This document shows, one piece after another, positions 61,497 through 64,000 of a DNA stretch of 64,000 nucleotides (position 1 is its first letter; each line of letters opens with the position of its first letter). The stretch covers positions 558,001 through 622,000 of the forward strand of contig JBHGNT010000013.1 in NCBI GenBank assembly GCA_043228905.1. Reading direction: 5' to 3'. This DNA is from Azolla caroliniana. Lineage: Eukaryota; Plantae; Polypodiophyta. The notes below the pieces were generated by a model, which saw only the letters and a list, made by a program, of their open reading frames with translations, was not told the DNA's origin and did not search any database. The position numbers and the translations under genes were made by a program.

Positions 61497-63503
61497 TTAC
61501 TGAATTGAGCCTTTTCCTGTTTGCTTTCTTAAGTAAGCCTCATATATCTCTACCACAAGTTTTGGATCTCTGTTTACTAAATCTTTGTATTCACTCTTCG
61601 AAGAAAGCTCCTTGATATTTTCCATGATAGTGCTTAATGCAGCTTCTTTTAGTGTCTTCGCACTATGCAAGCTCGCATACTCAAAATTGAACAGAGCATT
61701 TCCACTATTTACCTTAGAAATCATGTATCGTTCACACATCGACTTTAGCTGGTTTACATGATACTTCTCGGCGAGTGCCAATAGATCAAATGCAGAGTCA
61801 TCCAATGACTCCGGATAAATTTCAGCTGTGTATAGATAATGTATGAAAAGCTTCAACACTTCATAAGAGAAATCTGTGATCTTGATGGTGTTTGTCCGAC
61901 TTTCTTCCATTTTACTCTCAAGCATAGCTCTAAACACAGACGATCTACTTATCTGAATCAGAGAAAAAGGAACATATCAGAACAAGGCACCAATTTAACT
62001 AAAGCCTAAAGATATACTTGCACGAGGAATAAATATCCACAAGTTAACTAAAGCCTAAAGATACACTAAAATGTACCGCAATAATTTCAGAGAGTTTACA
62101 AGATGAGCAAACCACATTATCAGAATTCATTGACGCCATTGAAGGAATGTAGTATACATATACATATACATATTTACATACATATTACATAAATATCAGA
62201 ACCTTGCCAGTTTCTGGTAAAACCATCAAAAGTCATATCAGAATTCATTGAAGCCATTGAAGGAATGTAGTATACATATACATATACATAATTACATACA
62301 TATTACATATTTGCATACATATCAGAACCTTTGCCAGTTTCTGGTAAAACCATCAAAACTCATATCAGAATTCATTGAAGCCATTGAAGGAATGTAGTAT
62401 ACATATACATATACATATTTGCATACATATCAGAACCTTTGCCAGTTTCTGGTAAAACCATCAAAACTCATATCAGAATTCATTGAAGCCATTGAAGGAA
62501 TGTAGTATACATATACATATACATATTTACATACATATCAGAACCTTTGCCAGTTTCTGGTAAAACCATCAAAACTCATATCAGAATTCATTGACGCCAT
62601 TGAAGGAATGTAGTATACATATACATATACATATTTACATACATATTACATACATATCAGAACCTTGCCAGTTACTGGTAAAACCATCAAAACTCATATC
62701 AGAATTCATTGAAGCCATTGAAGGAATGTAGTATACATATACATATACATATCGGAACCTTGCCAGTTTCTAGCAGAGAGTGAAACCATCAAAACTCTTA
62801 CCAGAACGGCCCGATGAGCTCTGATTTTTGATCCTTCTGAGCATTCCAGCACAATATCAGCACATCCTTCATCCATGGCTTCAGGAGACCATGTCTTCAG
62901 GAAGGCGATTTGGGCCCGAAGCTCATCGATCTCTTTCTTAAGGGCTTCTTTTGTTTCCGATGCTTCATCATAACACTCTCTACATGTCCCTGCCCCTCTC
63001 CTACTGTAGACTTCTTTGCAAGAAAGGCAAGTCATGGATCTGCTGCCACTCCCACTACCCCTATACTGATGTGAATATAGAACAAGGTGGTGATCGTCTC
63101 GTGGGTAATCTAGACCTCTCTGATAAACTTCCTCGATTTCTTCTTCTCCTTCTTCCTCGCCGTCTTCCTCTTCCTCTTCCTCTTCCTCTCGTTCTCTACC
63201 TTCGATCGACGATGCAGAGGTAACAGAGCCTTCTTCAAGCCCTTCTTCTTCTTCTTCTTCTTCTTCTTCTTCTTCGTCTTCTTCTTCCTCCTCTTCGAGA
63301 CCTTCTTCTTCTTCTTCTTCTTGGTTATGGTGGTGATAATTCATCTCGCTGGCTATGGCGATGGCTGGATGAAGGCATTCGGGCACCCACTCTGCGAATC
63401 GGTCGAGAGGGGAAGCAAAGGAAGCAAAGGAGGAGGAGGAGGAGGAAGAAGAAGAAGAAGAAGAAGAAGAAGAAGAGTAAGGGTAGAGGGCATAGCTGAG
63501 CAT
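61497..63503 (-). CDS. BTB/POZ domain protein (At4g08455-like) with low-complexity N-terminal extension, 2 exons
   Basis: Exon 1 63503-62802, exon 2 61952-61497. MTCLSCKEVYSRRGAGTCRECYDEA..., ADIVL...IRAHRAVL|ISRSSVFRAML...FIHYLYT...LAEKYHVNQLKSMCE. Start uncertain (63503, 63344 or 63035). Confidence 0.9.
62118..62797. repeat. Intronic minisatellite, 6 copies of ~100-127 bp
   Basis: TATCAGAATTCATTGAAGCCATTGAAGGAATGTAGTATACAT...GCCAGTTTCTGGTAAAACCATCAAAACTC starting at 62118, 62236, 62363, 62471, 62579 and 62697. Confidence 0.95.
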
Positions 63504-63546
63504 TGGCACTCTGCCTGCCTGTCTCTCTGTCTGTGTCTGTCTGTGT

Positions 63547-63548
<2 letters not shown>

Positions 63549-63588
<40 letters not shown>

Positions 63589-63770
63589 ACTGTGGGGACA
63601 GAAATACAGAAGAGAAGAAGACAAGAGAGACAACATCAAACATTTGTGTGTGTGTGTGTGTGTGGAGAGAGAGAGAGAGATAGAGAGAGAGAGAAGAGAG
63701 AGAGAAGAGAGAGAAGAGAGAGAAGAGAGAGAGAGAGAAGAGAGAGAGAAGAGAGAAGAGAGAGAGAGAG
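63549..63770. repeat. (GA)n/(GT)n microsatellite cluster upstream of the BTB gene
   Basis: Direct reading. Confidence 0.9.
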
Positions 63771-64000
63771 AGGAGCCAATGGAGACCAGGAGGTCATGGG
63801 TTCAACCCCCTACATTCCACAAGTGGCAACTAGTGAATTAAAAGAGATATATGTATATATGAAGTATGTAATAGAGAGGTGAGGTAACTGGGTTTCGAAC
63901 CCAAGATATAGTGCTTGTAGTGTAACAACTTACTACTAGGATAAGGTACTTACGAAAAGAAGAAGAAGAGAGAGGAGTCAAGCATAAGGAAGAGAATCAA

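Noticed and set aside
62118-62797. Repeat array with variable inter-unit sequence as a CRISPR-like array
   Set aside because: The variable parts are (TACATA)n slippage rather than unique spacers. It is a eukaryotic intron and there are no cas genes.
63321-63882. Plus-strand ORFs rich in ER/RE or similar dipeptides (also 2695-2922, 38523-38916, 40717-41124)
   Set aside because: Translations of microsatellites.

Overview
Land-plant nuclear DNA. A seed-free plant such as a fern is likely, but this is inferred from the TE types and composition and is not proven. 1-14 kb is a nested LTR-retrotransposon stack: an Athila-like Ty3/gypsy element with a long extra 3' ORF, whose pol is interrupted by two Tnt1/Tork-like Ty1/copia elements. 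One copia is complete (5281-10545, AGATG TSD, about 1% LTR divergence). 17-29 kb holds a guanylate-binding-protein-like (GBPL3-type) gene with 12 exons (~956 aa). It is preceded by a broken paralogous 3' fragment that starts exactly at a (CCCTAAA)n telomere tract and retains exons the intact copy has lost in frame. The C-terminal region of both copies carries a His/Cys-rich 15-aa repeat. Further genes are an intronless PH1-like PH-domain gene, a 7-exon secreted uncharacterised protein with permuted NlpC/P60-like motifs, a 9-exon neutral ceramidase with a 7.2-kb TE-filled last intron, and a 2-exon BTB/POZ gene with a minisatellite intron. Also present are hAT/foldback MITEs, a 5'-truncated LINE, a two-piece inverted plastid 16S rRNA insertion, Tcn1-like chromovirus relics and many microsatellites. 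Exon structures were deduced by eye from GT/AG sites, frame continuity and recalled homologues.
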